The notes under the pieces: model-generated | Database searches by the model: none | What the model saw: the letters and a program-made list of their open reading frames with translations, nothing else | Told to the model about the DNA's origin: nothing | In this document: positions 1-8,673 of the stretch, in pieces | How positions within the stretch are numbered: the first letter of the stretch is position 1 | Layout of the letters: every line of letters starts with the position of its first letter | Origin: an uncultured Chloroflexota bacterium | GTDB taxonomy: Bacteria; Chloroflexota; UBA11872; VXNJ01 | Length of the DNA: 64,000 nt | Assembly: GCA_964496475.1 (NCBI GenBank) | Contig: CAZBZS010000004.1 | Coordinates: 11,775-75,774 of the forward strand | Direction of reading: 5' to 3' | Translations under genes and position numbers: made by a program

Positions 1-236
1 GCGTCGGCGACTTCGGCCCGCAGTCCGGCGGAGCAAGCGGCGTCGACAGCTGCCGTGTCCAGATCGATTCCGAGCTCGTCGAGTCCGCGATCACGAGCGA
101 CCTCCAGAAATTCGCCCCGGCCGCAGCCGACGTCGAGCAACGGTCCGGACTGTGGGAAATATTCGAGATAGGGTTCGCGAGCGGCACGCACGGTATCCCG
201 GTCGAATTCTCTAAAGCTATACCAGTCGAAACTCAA
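1..236 (-). CDS. class I SAM-dependent methyltransferase, N-terminal part only (runs off the window start)
   Basis: Reverse-strand translation from TTG at 236 gives ...EPYLEYFPQSGPLLDVGCGRGEFLEVARDRGLDELGIDLD... This is glycine-rich motif I (VGCGxG) plus the acidic motif II of Rossmann-fold methyltransferases. It is truncated by the window edge, so it is absent from the ORF track. Confidence 0.6.
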   Translation of the reverse strand, partial: MSFDWYSFREFDRDTVRAAREPYLEYFPQSGPLLDVGCGRGEFLEVARDRGLDELGIDLDTAAVDAACSAGLRAEVAD

Positions 237-291
237 GCGGGCTCCCCCGGGTGTGGCCGGCGTCTGCCTAGAATATACGGAGTGGGGCCGA

Positions 292-1173
292 TCAGCGCTC
301 GAACCAGTAGGCGAGGTATTTCCAGCGGCCCCAGGAGCGATAGATACGCTCGGCGCGAGCGCGGGTCGGGCGCTCGCCCTTGAAATGGGTGGTGGTGACG
401 CGGCGCATGAATGCAGAGTCGACGGGCAGGAAGTCGTAGCGCTCGACCAGAGCCAGGATGCTGGCGGCGGCGTAGGGGCCCAGTCCCTTGATCCGCATGA
501 TCCGGTCCTGCAGTTCGGAGGTGCTGGTGTGGGGATCCTCCCATAGGGACAGGTCCAGATCGCCGGTCACGACGGCCCGGGCGATCTCGGAAAGCGTGTT
601 GCACCGATAACCCAGGCGGGCTCTCTTGGCGAGCGTGGTTGGTCGCCTCTTCGCCAGCCGCTCGGGAGTCGGGAAGCAGCGGTGGCCGCGTGGGGAGCGG
701 GCGCCGAAGGCCTTTACCAGCCGCTCGGACATGCCGCGGGTGCCGCCCCAGTTGACGTTGGTGGTGCAGAGGACTTTGACGATGTCTTCCCATAGCGTGG
801 GCGACCGGAGCATGCGGCCGAGACCCTCGTCGTCGACGTGGCGCAGGCGTTTGCGCGTCTGGCAACGGCGCTGAAATTCGGTGAAGTCGGTATCCAGCAT
901 GAGCATTCGGGTGACGACGGCGGCGATCAATTTTTCGGTTGTGGGGCCGGTCCATTCGATCTGAATTCGGCGCGGCGAGGACTGGCTGATGCTGAGATCG
1001 GTCGGGTGGCCGTTGAGTTCGGCGGCGGTGGCGATTACGCCGGTGTCTTCGTTCCAGCGGAAGGGAGGCAGGTTCCACCAACCGTGGGCGCGGACGACGC
1101 GCTCAAGGGAGTATCGCGGCGGCGACGCCAGCCGGAGAGTGCGAGCGGATGTGGGGTCTGGTGGTGGGGACAT
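292..1173 (-). CDS. HhH-GPD superfamily DNA glycosylase (AlkA / 3-methyladenine glycosylase II-like)
   Basis: 293-aa ORF. IMRIKGLGPYAAASILALVERYDFLPVDSAF matches the helix-hairpin-helix plus Gly/Pro loop and catalytic Asp. Stop is TGA. Confidence 0.75.
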   Translation of the reverse strand: MSPPPDPTSARTLRLASPPRYSLERVVRAHGWWNLPPFRWNEDTGVIATAAELNGHPTDLSISQSSPRRIQIEWTGPTTEKLIAAVVTRMLMLDTDFTEFQRRCQTRKRLRHVDDEGLGRMLRSPTLWEDIVKVLCTTNVNWGGTRGMSERLVKAFGARSPRGHRCFPTPERLAKRRPTTLAKRARLGYRCNTLSEIARAVVTGDLDLSLWEDPHTSTSELQDRIMRIKGLGPYAAASILALVERYDFLPVDSAFMRRVTTTHFKGERPTRARAERIYRSWGRWKYLAYWFER

Positions 1174-1175
1174 TG

Positions 1176-1259
1176 GCGAGAATATTAGCCGCGAGCGCTA
1201 AATCGCGCAGACGGTTGGGGGTTGGGTTTGATCGGGGGATGTTGGGCCGATATTCTCGC
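1176..1259. repeat. 10-bp perfect inverted repeat (GCGAGAATAT ... ATATTCTCGC) in a divergent intergenic region
   Basis: Arms at 1176-1185 and 1250-1259, read directly. It lies between the glycosylase (-) and sulfatase (+) starts. Confidence 0.8.
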
Positions 1260-1333
1260 GCGGGATAAGTTCATTATGTTGAGCTTCTGGTCCGGTCACG
1301 GATCGGTCGCGATTCTATAGGGAAGGCGCGCTG

Positions 1334-2836
1334 ATGCCCCGAAAGCCGATGAATGTCGTCTTCATCACGACGGACCAGATGCGGGCGGATTCGCTGGCGT
1401 GTGCTGGGAACCCGATTGTGCACACGCCGAACCTGGACCGGCTGGCGGCGGAGGGAGTTCTGGCGGAGCGAATGTATGTCGCCCAGCCGCTGTGCATGCC
1501 GTCGCGGTCGACGATCATCACGGGCACGACGCCCCGTGTGCACGGGGTCTGGACGAACGGCATTCCGCTGAGTTCTGAGATACCAACCTTTGGGCAGATG
1601 CTGTCCGAGGCGGGCTATCACACCGCGCTGATCGGCAAGGCGCACTTCCGGCCTTACGGGTTTGATGGTGGGGAAGCCGATCCGGTGGAGGTGGAGCGCG
1701 AGGACACGTGGGATCAGGGCCTGGTGCCGGAAGATTGGCACGGGCCGTATTACGGGTTCGAGCACATCGACCTGACGCTGCGGCATCACAGTTTGCGCCA
1801 GGGGCACATCGGGCGGGACCTGCGGGAACGGGCGCCCGAGTCCATCGACCTGATCGGCATTGAGCACGCGCTTGAGGAGCCAACCTGGGATGGGGCCTGG
1901 AAGAACGGCCTGCCGCTGGAGCATCACCCTTCGACCTGGATCACGGATCGGACAATTAGCTATCTGGAGGATGCTGGGGAGGAGCCGTTCTTCGTGTGGG
2001 CGTCATTCCCGGATCCGCATCACTCGTTCACCGCGCCGCGACCCTACTGCGATGCCTACGACCCGGCGGACATGCGGTCACCGGAGGTCACCGACGCCGA
2101 CCTGGACGGCAAGCCGCCGCATGTGCGGGATGTGGTGGAGGGGCGGGTGGAGAGGCATGAGGGCTGGGGTTTCGGCGCGGGTGATCTGCCGGCGCTGACG
2201 GACACCGACTGGCGGCAAATCCACGCTCAGTACTATGGGATGGTGGAGCTGATCGACCACTCGGTGGGACGAATCCTGGACGCGCTGGAAGAACAGGGCC
2301 TGGCGGATAACACGGCGGTTATCTTCACGAGCGATCATGGGGAGTTGTTTGGCGATCACGGGCTGCTGTACAAGGGGCCATTCCCTTACGAGGGCCTGTA
2401 CCGGCTGCCGTTCGCCGCTCGAATTCCAGGGGTGACCAAGCCGGGAACGCGGGCGAGTGGGCTGGGCACTTTGCTGGACTTGGCGCCGACGTTCGCGGAC
2501 CTGGCGGGGGTGGAGTCGCCGCCATCGTTCCAGGGACAGTCGATGCTGCCGTGGCTGGGTGGTGGGGAGGGGCGGGAGGTGGTGCTGGTCGAGTTCGTGT
2601 CCCGCTACTACCCGGAGCTGACGCTAATGACGGCCGTGACCGAGCGCTGGAAGCTGACGCATTACCCCAACTGGGATCGAGGCGAGCTGTATGACCTGCA
2701 GGACGATCCGAAAGAGCTGGTGAACCGCTGGGGAGACCCGGCGGTAGCGGACACTCAGCGGGAGTTGGAAGGCCGGCTGCTGGATCTGACGGCGGAGGCG
2801 ATCGGCCGGCTGCCGACTCCACTATCCCACGCCTAG
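1334..2836 (+). CDS. sulfatase (formylglycine-dependent arylsulfatase family)
   Basis: 500-aa ORF. The N-terminus VVFITTDQMRAD...PLCMPSRSTIITG contains the C-x-P-x-R formylglycine motif. FTSDHGE is downstream. Confidence 0.9.
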   Translation: MPRKPMNVVFITTDQMRADSLACAGNPIVHTPNLDRLAAEGVLAERMYVAQPLCMPSRSTIITGTTPRVHGVWTNGIPLSSEIPTFGQMLSEAGYHTALIGKAHFRPYGFDGGEADPVEVEREDTWDQGLVPEDWHGPYYGFEHIDLTLRHHSLRQGHIGRDLRERAPESIDLIGIEHALEEPTWDGAWKNGLPLEHHPSTWITDRTISYLEDAGEEPFFVWASFPDPHHSFTAPRPYCDAYDPADMRSPEVTDADLDGKPPHVRDVVEGRVERHEGWGFGAGDLPALTDTDWRQIHAQYYGMVELIDHSVGRILDALEEQGLADNTAVIFTSDHGELFGDHGLLYKGPFPYEGLYRLPFAARIPGVTKPGTRASGLGTLLDLAPTFADLAGVESPPSFQGQSMLPWLGGGEGREVVLVEFVSRYYPELTLMTAVTERWKLTHYPNWDRGELYDLQDDPKELVNRWGDPAVADTQRELEGRLLDLTAEAIGRLPTPLSHA

Positions 2837-2840
2837 CGGA

Positions 2841-2872
2841 CACAGACCGTTTATTTCTAGCAGCGGATGCGG
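2841..2872 (+). repeat. copy A of a recurrent post-stop motif (CACAG-N3-GTTT-N6-9-CAGCGG-R-YGC)
   Basis: CACAGACCGTTTATTTCTAGCAGCGGATGCGG begins 5 nt after the sulfatase stop. It aligns with the copies at 62179, 62217 and 63474. Confidence 0.6.
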
Positions 2873-2931
2873 ATTGAGTGGTCGCCCAGTCATGCCACCG
2901 CGAAGCTTGCAATCCGGGGTGATTCCGGCGG

Positions 2932-3531
2932 TCAGGCGGGGGCTTCGCCATCCTCGGGTTCGAGGTCATCGAAGATCTTGACCGGCTGGCTCATGAAATC
3001 GCCGTTGGCGACCATCAGTTGGACTCCGTCTTCGAGGAGTACCGTGGTGGAACGCAGGCCGATGGACTGGACCACGCCGCGCATGCCGCGAATCTCGATG
3101 GTCTGACCGGTCCGCACGCGCTGCTCGGACATGGTGATGACGCCGGCGATGAGGTTCTTGGCCAGGTCCTGGGCACCGAAGCCGATACCGACGGAAAGGC
3201 CGCCCAGGGGCACCAGGAGGATGGCCAGGTCGAAGCCGATGGAGCTGATGGCGATGTAGATGCCCATAAAGAGGATCATGAAACGGAAACCGCGGGCGAT
3301 TGAGTTCTCGACGGTTTCGCCGAAATTGACCTGCCCCAATACGATCCGCCGTAACAGGGGCGTCAGGAAACGTGAAAGCAGCCACGCTATGAGAATGATG
3401 ACCACGACCTGGATGAGCGAAAGCAGCGAGAGGTCGCGCTCTTCGATTTGGGTGATCGGGGTGTTAAGAACTTTCCAGATTTCGGTCCAGATGTCGCCCA
3501 ATCCGCTAATCCTCCCGGCGGTGATCGCCAC
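2932..3531 (-). CDS. small-conductance mechanosensitive channel (MscS family)
   Basis: 199-aa ORF. TM helices are followed by NLIAGVITMSEQRVRTGQTIEIRGMRGVVQSIGLRSTTVLLEDG, typical of the MscS beta-domain. Confidence 0.8.
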   Translation of the reverse strand: MAITAGRISGLGDIWTEIWKVLNTPITQIEERDLSLLSLIQVVVIILIAWLLSRFLTPLLRRIVLGQVNFGETVENSIARGFRFMILFMGIYIAISSIGFDLAILLVPLGGLSVGIGFGAQDLAKNLIAGVITMSEQRVRTGQTIEIRGMRGVVQSIGLRSTTVLLEDGVQLMVANGDFMSQPVKIFDDLEPEDGEAPA

Positions 3532-3647
3532 TGCCGATTTCGGCGTGTCCGACTAGTTTACGGTTTCTGCCGATCGCGCTCAGCGATGGGAAAGCGTGGA
3601 TCCACTTTCAGCAGGTCCGGCACGCAGGTGACATTCATGGCCCCTCA

Positions 3648-4853
3648 TTAGGCCTGGAGAAATTGGAGGAGGGCTTTTTCGCTGGAATCGATGATGTCGA
3701 TGTCGGGAGGCTCGATGTCGGATTTCAGGCCGGTCTCGGAAATGTTGCAAACGACGCCGGCATCGGCCGGGATCTTGCCGTCGCGGACCAATTTCGCCAA
3801 CGCCGGCAGGGTGATGCAGCCGGTTGGACCGGCCCAGATTCCTTCGAGCCGGGCAAGGCGTGTCTGCCACTCGACGACCTCTTCGTCGTTGCTGGCGGCG
3901 CCGAGTCCACCGGCGGCGCGCAGGTCGTCAAGGACCCAGTCGCCTTTCGGACCCATGTCGCCGACGGCGACGCCTTCGGCCATGGTGTAGTCGATGGTGA
4001 CGGGGACGCGCGGACCGCCTTCGCTGAGGGCCTTGACGATGGTGTCGGCGACGCTGGACTGAGCGGCGATGGGTATGGGGACACTGTCAGCGTGACCGGC
4101 GGCGTGGAGTTCGCGGAAGCCGCGCTGGGAGGCCAGCAGCATCTCGCCCATGCCGACCGGGTAGACGACGTAGTTGGGGGCCTGGAGGCCCAGCTGCTCG
4201 AATATCTCGTAGGCGAGCGTCTTCTTACCGTCCTGCTTATAGGGATTGCGGGAGGCGCCGCCGTCGAAGACGATGCGGTTGTCGATGGCCCGATCGTAGC
4301 CGCCGATCATGTCGTCATAGCCGCCGCGGTACATCATGAAACTGGCGGTGAGGGCGTTAACGTGGCAGACCTTGGGTCGGCTGCTGGTTTCGGCTGAGAG
4401 GATGAGGGCCTGAATGCCGGCGCGGGCTGCGTAGGCGGCAATGGAGGCAGCTGCGTTTCCTGTGCTGACGACACCGATGCGGTCGAAGCCGAATTGCAAG
4501 GCGGCGGCGACCGCGGTGACGGCGGAACGATCTTTAACGGTGCCGGTGGGGTTGAGCCCGTCAAACTTCAGCCAGAGGCGTTCGAGGCCGATCTCGGCGG
4601 CAAGTCGGGGGACGGCGATGAGAGGGGTGCTGCCCTCGCCGAGGGTGACGAAATTGGCCGGATCGGTGATAGGGAGAAGCTCGGCGTAGGGCCATATGCC
4701 GGGGCCGGCGAGATTGCCGAACTGGACGCTGGCGATGCGGTCGAGGTCGTACTCGACGAAGAGCAGACCGCCGCAGTCAGGGCAGTTGAGCAGGTATTCG
4801 AGAGGGTGGGTGCGATCGCAGTCAATACAACGCAGAGCGGTGGCGGCTGACAA
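3648..4853 (-). CDS. thrC: threonine synthase (PLP-dependent, with N-terminal zinc ribbon)
   Basis: 401 aa. CIDCDRTH...CPDCGG zinc ribbon. The PLP-lysine motif is GLNPTGTVKDR. Fold-type II PLP enzyme layout. Confidence 0.85.
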   Translation of the reverse strand: MSAATALRCIDCDRTHPLEYLLNCPDCGGLLFVEYDLDRIASVQFGNLAGPGIWPYAELLPITDPANFVTLGEGSTPLIAVPRLAAEIGLERLWLKFDGLNPTGTVKDRSAVTAVAAALQFGFDRIGVVSTGNAAASIAAYAARAGIQALILSAETSSRPKVCHVNALTASFMMYRGGYDDMIGGYDRAIDNRIVFDGGASRNPYKQDGKKTLAYEIFEQLGLQAPNYVVYPVGMGEMLLASQRGFRELHAAGHADSVPIPIAAQSSVADTIVKALSEGGPRVPVTIDYTMAEGVAVGDMGPKGDWVLDDLRAAGGLGAASNDEEVVEWQTRLARLEGIWAGPTGCITLPALAKLVRDGKIPADAGVVCNISETGLKSDIEPPDIDIIDSSEKALLQFLQA

Positions 4854-4969
4854 CCGCGGGCCTCCTTCATTGGACGGAACAACTCAGGGTAGCCGGTGGG
4901 AGACCAACGCCGGGATGGAAAAAGCGGGACGGACTAATGAAATCTGACCCGCCAGGGGGCGAGCTGTGA

Positions 4970-5218
4970 CTAGTTGGAGCTTGGCAGTAGTGGAATTCCC
5001 TGTGCTTTGCGGGCACAGGCGGCGCATTCGGCGGTGCCGGGTATTAGTTCGAGCCGGCTGGGCTCGATCTTCTCCCCGCAGACATCGCAGACACCGCTGC
5101 TCTGGCCCTCGGGCAAAGAATGCAGGGCTTCGTTGATGGCCTCCTGGATAAGCTGCTGACTCTGATCCAAGCCGTTATCGGCAAGACCGTCAATCAGCGG
5201 TCCTGAAGAATCTGACAT
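4970..5218 (-). CDS. TraR/DksA family C4-type zinc-finger protein
   Basis: 82 aa. CDVCGEKIEPSRLELIPGTAECAACA is the CxxC-N17-CxxC finger. A GGGAGGTGA Shine-Dalgarno lies 6 nt upstream of the ATG. Confidence 0.75.
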   Translation of the reverse strand: MSDSSGPLIDGLADNGLDQSQQLIQEAINEALHSLPEGQSSGVCDVCGEKIEPSRLELIPGTAECAACARKAQGIPLLPSSN

Positions 5219-5330
5219 GGCGTCTCACCTCCCTGTGTCTAAGTTATTAATATTCGGTTTAGTGAGTCGCATCTTGAATGTCGCGCCGGGGTGGACGCAG
5301 TTGTGGAATATATACACCTGAGCAGCGGAG

Positions 5331-5359
5331 AGGTTAAAACCTTAGTGCCATCTTGTCAA
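5331..5359 (-). promoter_or_regulatory. candidate sigma70-type promoter for the dksA-like gene
   Basis: On the minus strand: TTGACA (5359-5354), a 17-nt spacer, then TAACCT (5336-5331). It lies inside an unusually AT-rich 300-nt spacer. Confidence 0.35.
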
Positions 5360-5518
5360 GAGTCTTTCTGCGGAAGTCGCATAACGTCGACCGAACGGTA
5401 TAGCGAATTGCCAATTGGCTCGCCGGAGATCGATTCGCCCTACCGGAGCATCATAGAGCGGAGGCGGGCGTAGGTCCGTAGCGTAGTTCACAAATCTGGG
5501 GGCGGACTATTTAGGGGG

Positions 5519-6220
5519 CTACAGCTCGTATATGGTGGCCAGGTTCTCGCCGAAAATGGCGGCCTCGTCGGCGTCCGGCAGGTTCAGGCGCCGGATGGAC
5601 TCGACGGCCAGATCGGGATAGGCGCGTGGGGCGTTGGAGCCGAAGACCACGCGATTCGCGCCAATGGCGTCCACGGCAGCCTGCACCATGGCGGGCTCGA
5701 AGGCGGCGATGGTGGTTCCCAGCCAGATGTTGTCCTGCTGGCGGGCGGCGGCCAGGGCGCTTTCGCCCCAATATCGGTGGCCCATGTGATCCATAATTAT
5801 CGGGATGTCGGAGAATCGTCCGGCGAGGACGGCGATCTCCAGGGGATGGGCGGGGGAATTCTGGGAGTGGATGGTGACCGGGACCTTGTGGGCGCGGGCG
5901 ATCTCCATGATGGGGTCGACGAGGGACTGGATGATCTGGTAGCCATGCCGGGGCGGCATCAACTTGAGCCCCTTCATGCCGTCCTGGGCTAGGGCGCGTT
6001 CCAGTTCCTGCACGGCTTCGTCGCCCAGGGCCGGGCTGACGCAGGCGCAGGGAATGATGCGGTCGTTAACTTGGGCGGCGGCGACGATGGCGCGATTATC
6101 GGGACGCATGACCGGGGAGGGCATCAGGACGATTTTCTCGATGCCGGCGGCGTCTTCCATTGCGAGCAGATCGTCGAGCGTGTCGCCCTCGCCGAGATAG
6201 GCTTCAAAATCGCCGGTCAT
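5519..6220 (-). CDS. amidohydrolase-2 family protein (short, possibly degenerate)
   Basis: 233 aa. It has IIMDHMGH and a C-terminal VVFGSNAP, where the family normally has FGSDxP. No N-terminal HxH strand is present. Confidence 0.65.
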   Translation of the reverse strand: MTGDFEAYLGEGDTLDDLLAMEDAAGIEKIVLMPSPVMRPDNRAIVAAAQVNDRIIPCACVSPALGDEAVQELERALAQDGMKGLKLMPPRHGYQIIQSLVDPIMEIARAHKVPVTIHSQNSPAHPLEIAVLAGRFSDIPIIMDHMGHRYWGESALAAARQQDNIWLGTTIAAFEPAMVQAAVDAIGANRVVFGSNAPRAYPDLAVESIRRLNLPDADEAAIFGENLATIYEL

Positions 6221-6233
6221 GGTCGTGTTCCTT

Positions 6234-7283
6234 TCACCAGGTAGGGGGCACGCGGAAGATAGCGCTCATTTCTTGCAGGACGGCCAGTTCCTGCTCCTGA
6301 AACGGAATTCCGCCGGCCATGCGGTCGGCTTTGTTTTTCCATTCCAGTTCGCCGGGCAGGTAGACCTGGTCGAAACCGGGTCGCGGTTTGACGGCGTGGA
6401 GGATGCGGGTGTGCTCGCGCATGGTGGCGGCGAATTCCGCGACCGGAACAAATCCCTCGATGTTGATGGCCATGAAGAAATGGCCGGACTGGTTGCCTTT
6501 GCCGACGATTTCGGGGTCGAGCCCTTTGACGGCTGAGGGCAGGGAGCCGGTGAGGGTGCCGGCTAGGATGTCTAGCACGACGCCGATGCTGTAGCCCTTG
6601 GGCCCGGCAGCGGGCAGGACGGCCGCGACGGCGTTCGGATCAGTGGTGTCGCGGCCTTCGGCGTCAATGGCCCAGCCGAGGGGGATGGAGTCGCCGCGGA
6701 TGCTGGCCATCATGACTTTTCCCATGGCGGCGGCGCCGGTGGCCATGTCCAGAAGGACCGGGTCGCTGTCGCCGTTGGGGATGGCATAGGACATGGGCAT
6801 GTTGCCCTGGGCGGCCTCGATTCCACCGAACGGGGCGGCGGAGAGGAGGCTACCGTTGCTGCAGGCGAAGCCGATCATGTTCTGGTTTGCGGCCATCGTC
6901 GACCAGTGGGCGGCGGCGCCAAAATGGCGGCTGTTGCGCACGCCGACGACGCCGATGGTGGTGGTGCGGGCTTTATCGATCGCAAGGCTCATGGCGCGGT
7001 GGGAGACGACCTGGCCCGGGCCGCAGTCGCCGTCGAGGAGGGCGTGAGCAGCGCTGTCGCGCACCACCTTGATGTCGGGGGTCGGGTTGGTGTGGCGGTC
7101 GCGCATTTCCTCCAGGTAGCGTGGTTGCAGACGGACGACACCGTGGGAGTAGATGCCGCGGAGGTCGGACTCGACTAGGCTGGCGGCGGCTATGTCGGCG
7201 TCGTCATGGGGCATTCCGACGGTCTCGAAGAGGCTGGCGCTGAATCGGCGGAGATCGCTGGAGCTGATGTTGGTGTTTGTCAC
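6234..7283 (-). CDS. Ldh_2 family oxidoreductase (malate/L-lactate/ureidoglycolate dehydrogenase type 2)
   Basis: 349 aa. LRGIYSHGVVRLQPRYLE and GFACSNGS motifs are typical of Ldh_2. Confidence 0.85.
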   Translation of the reverse strand: MTNTNISSSDLRRFSASLFETVGMPHDDADIAAASLVESDLRGIYSHGVVRLQPRYLEEMRDRHTNPTPDIKVVRDSAAHALLDGDCGPGQVVSHRAMSLAIDKARTTTIGVVGVRNSRHFGAAAHWSTMAANQNMIGFACSNGSLLSAAPFGGIEAAQGNMPMSYAIPNGDSDPVLLDMATGAAAMGKVMMASIRGDSIPLGWAIDAEGRDTTDPNAVAAVLPAAGPKGYSIGVVLDILAGTLTGSLPSAVKGLDPEIVGKGNQSGHFFMAINIEGFVPVAEFAATMREHTRILHAVKPRPGFDQVYLPGELEWKNKADRMAGGIPFQEQELAVLQEMSAIFRVPPTW

Positions 7284-7307
7284 TTGCGGCCCCCCGGGGT
7301 TGTCGGT

Positions 7308-8531
7308 TTATCTGTGGAGATCGCGCACCACGTCACTGAAGATGGCCACGCCTTCACGGATTTTCTCCGGTGTTTCGAAGCTGTAGGCCAGACGGACGTG
7401 CCCGTCCTCTTCTTCGTCCATGCGAAAGGCCGAACCCGGCCAGATGTCGACGCCGCGGGTCATCGATTCGCGTTCGACCTGGGTGGAATCGACTCCGGCG
7501 GGAAGTTTCACCCAGATGAAAAACCCGCCATCAGGTCGGTTCCAGGTGGCGACGCCCCCGAGCCCCGCCTCCAACGCGTGCAGCATGGCGTCACGTTTGC
7601 CCCGGTAGACGCCACGGAGCTCGGTGACGTGCGCTTGCAGGTGCGTGCCCATGTATTCGGCGACGATTCGGGACATGAAAGGACTTGAGCCCAGGTCAAA
7701 CTTGTAGAGCATCATGGCCTGCAGGATATTGGGTGGGCCGATGGCCCAGCCGAGGCGCACACCGGCTCCGAGGATTTTGGAAAAGGTACCGGTGCGGACA
7801 ACATGGCTGCGGGTTTCGTCCAGTTCAAAGTAGCTGGGGATCTGCTCGCCGTCGAAGCGCAGCTCGAAGTAGGCATCGTCCTCGAGGATCAGGAAGCCGT
7901 GCCGTTGGGCGAGTTCGACGACCTGCTGGCGTCGCTCCAGGGACGCGGTGAACCCCATTGGATTCTGAAAGTTCGGGATCGTGTAGAAGGCTCGGATGCG
8001 TTCGCCGGGCTCAAGACCGGCTATGCCGCGGTCGAGGTCGGCGATGATTGGCCCCCGATCGTCCCACCGTACCGGGATGGCGTTGACTCCGAATCCACGA
8101 AAGACAAGGGATCCCCAGCTTGCCTCGTCGATGAGGATGGCGGCGCCGCGATCGACGAAGGCCTGGGCGGTGAGGCCGACGGCCTGGGAGGCGCCGGTGG
8201 CGATTATCACGTCGTCGGGGGTGATTTGCAGAGTTTCCATGAGGTTGGTTTTATCGGCGACGACCTGGCGTAAGGGGTCATAGCCGTCGCGGGCGCCGTA
8301 TAGCAGGGCGGATCGGTCGCCGGCCAGCACGGTGTCTACGGCGGTGGAGAGGTCGTCTATGGGCATCGAGTGCGGGTCGGGCTGACCGCTGCTGAGGCTG
8401 ATGCGAATCTCAGGCTGCGTTGCCCCGCCGCCGTCGGACTCGGTGAGGCGACGTTCTCGCGCGTCGGCCGAAAGCAGGGCTTCGAAATCGAGTGCCGTGA
8501 TATCGGTCATTGGGGGTCTCCCCGCGCTCAT
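7308..8531 (-). CDS. PLP-dependent aminotransferase, class I/II fold
   Basis: 407 aa. The lysine motif TFSKILGAGVRLGW, YTIPNFQNPMG and the overall length fit the class I fold. Confidence 0.85.
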   Translation of the reverse strand: MSAGRPPMTDITALDFEALLSADARERRLTESDGGGATQPEIRISLSSGQPDPHSMPIDDLSTAVDTVLAGDRSALLYGARDGYDPLRQVVADKTNLMETLQITPDDVIIATGASQAVGLTAQAFVDRGAAILIDEASWGSLVFRGFGVNAIPVRWDDRGPIIADLDRGIAGLEPGERIRAFYTIPNFQNPMGFTASLERRQQVVELAQRHGFLILEDDAYFELRFDGEQIPSYFELDETRSHVVRTGTFSKILGAGVRLGWAIGPPNILQAMMLYKFDLGSSPFMSRIVAEYMGTHLQAHVTELRGVYRGKRDAMLHALEAGLGGVATWNRPDGGFFIWVKLPAGVDSTQVERESMTRGVDIWPGSAFRMDEEEDGHVRLAYSFETPEKIREGVAIFSDVVRDLHR

Positions 8532-8621
8532 CCGGAGCGCCGCAAACGAATGGGAATTGTACCGTTCCGGGACGGGGTCCGTCGGGCGGCGATACGGGAC
8601 GGAGTTGGGCGGCTAACGCAA

Positions 8622-8651
8622 CGAGGCCGGTCCGGGAACGGACCGGCCTCG
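8622..8651 (-). terminator. strong stem-loop downstream of groEL
   Basis: Perfect 13-bp stem CGAGGCCGGTCCG / CGGACCGGCCTCG with a 4-nt loop, 22 nt past the groEL stop. The tail is only weakly U-rich (TTGCGTT). Confidence 0.55.
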
Positions 8652-8673
8652 TGAGAGATCGTATTGTCCGGGG

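Noticed and set aside
233-1081. Long antisense or overlapping ORFs throughout the track (e.g. 233-1081, 33857-34591, 36074-37042, 38052-39056, 41817-42539, 49447-49953, 55183-55575, 61021-61566)
   Set aside because: They are Arg/Pro/Gly/Ala-rich shadow ORFs opposite or overlapping genes with clear family motifs. This is expected in GC-rich DNA.
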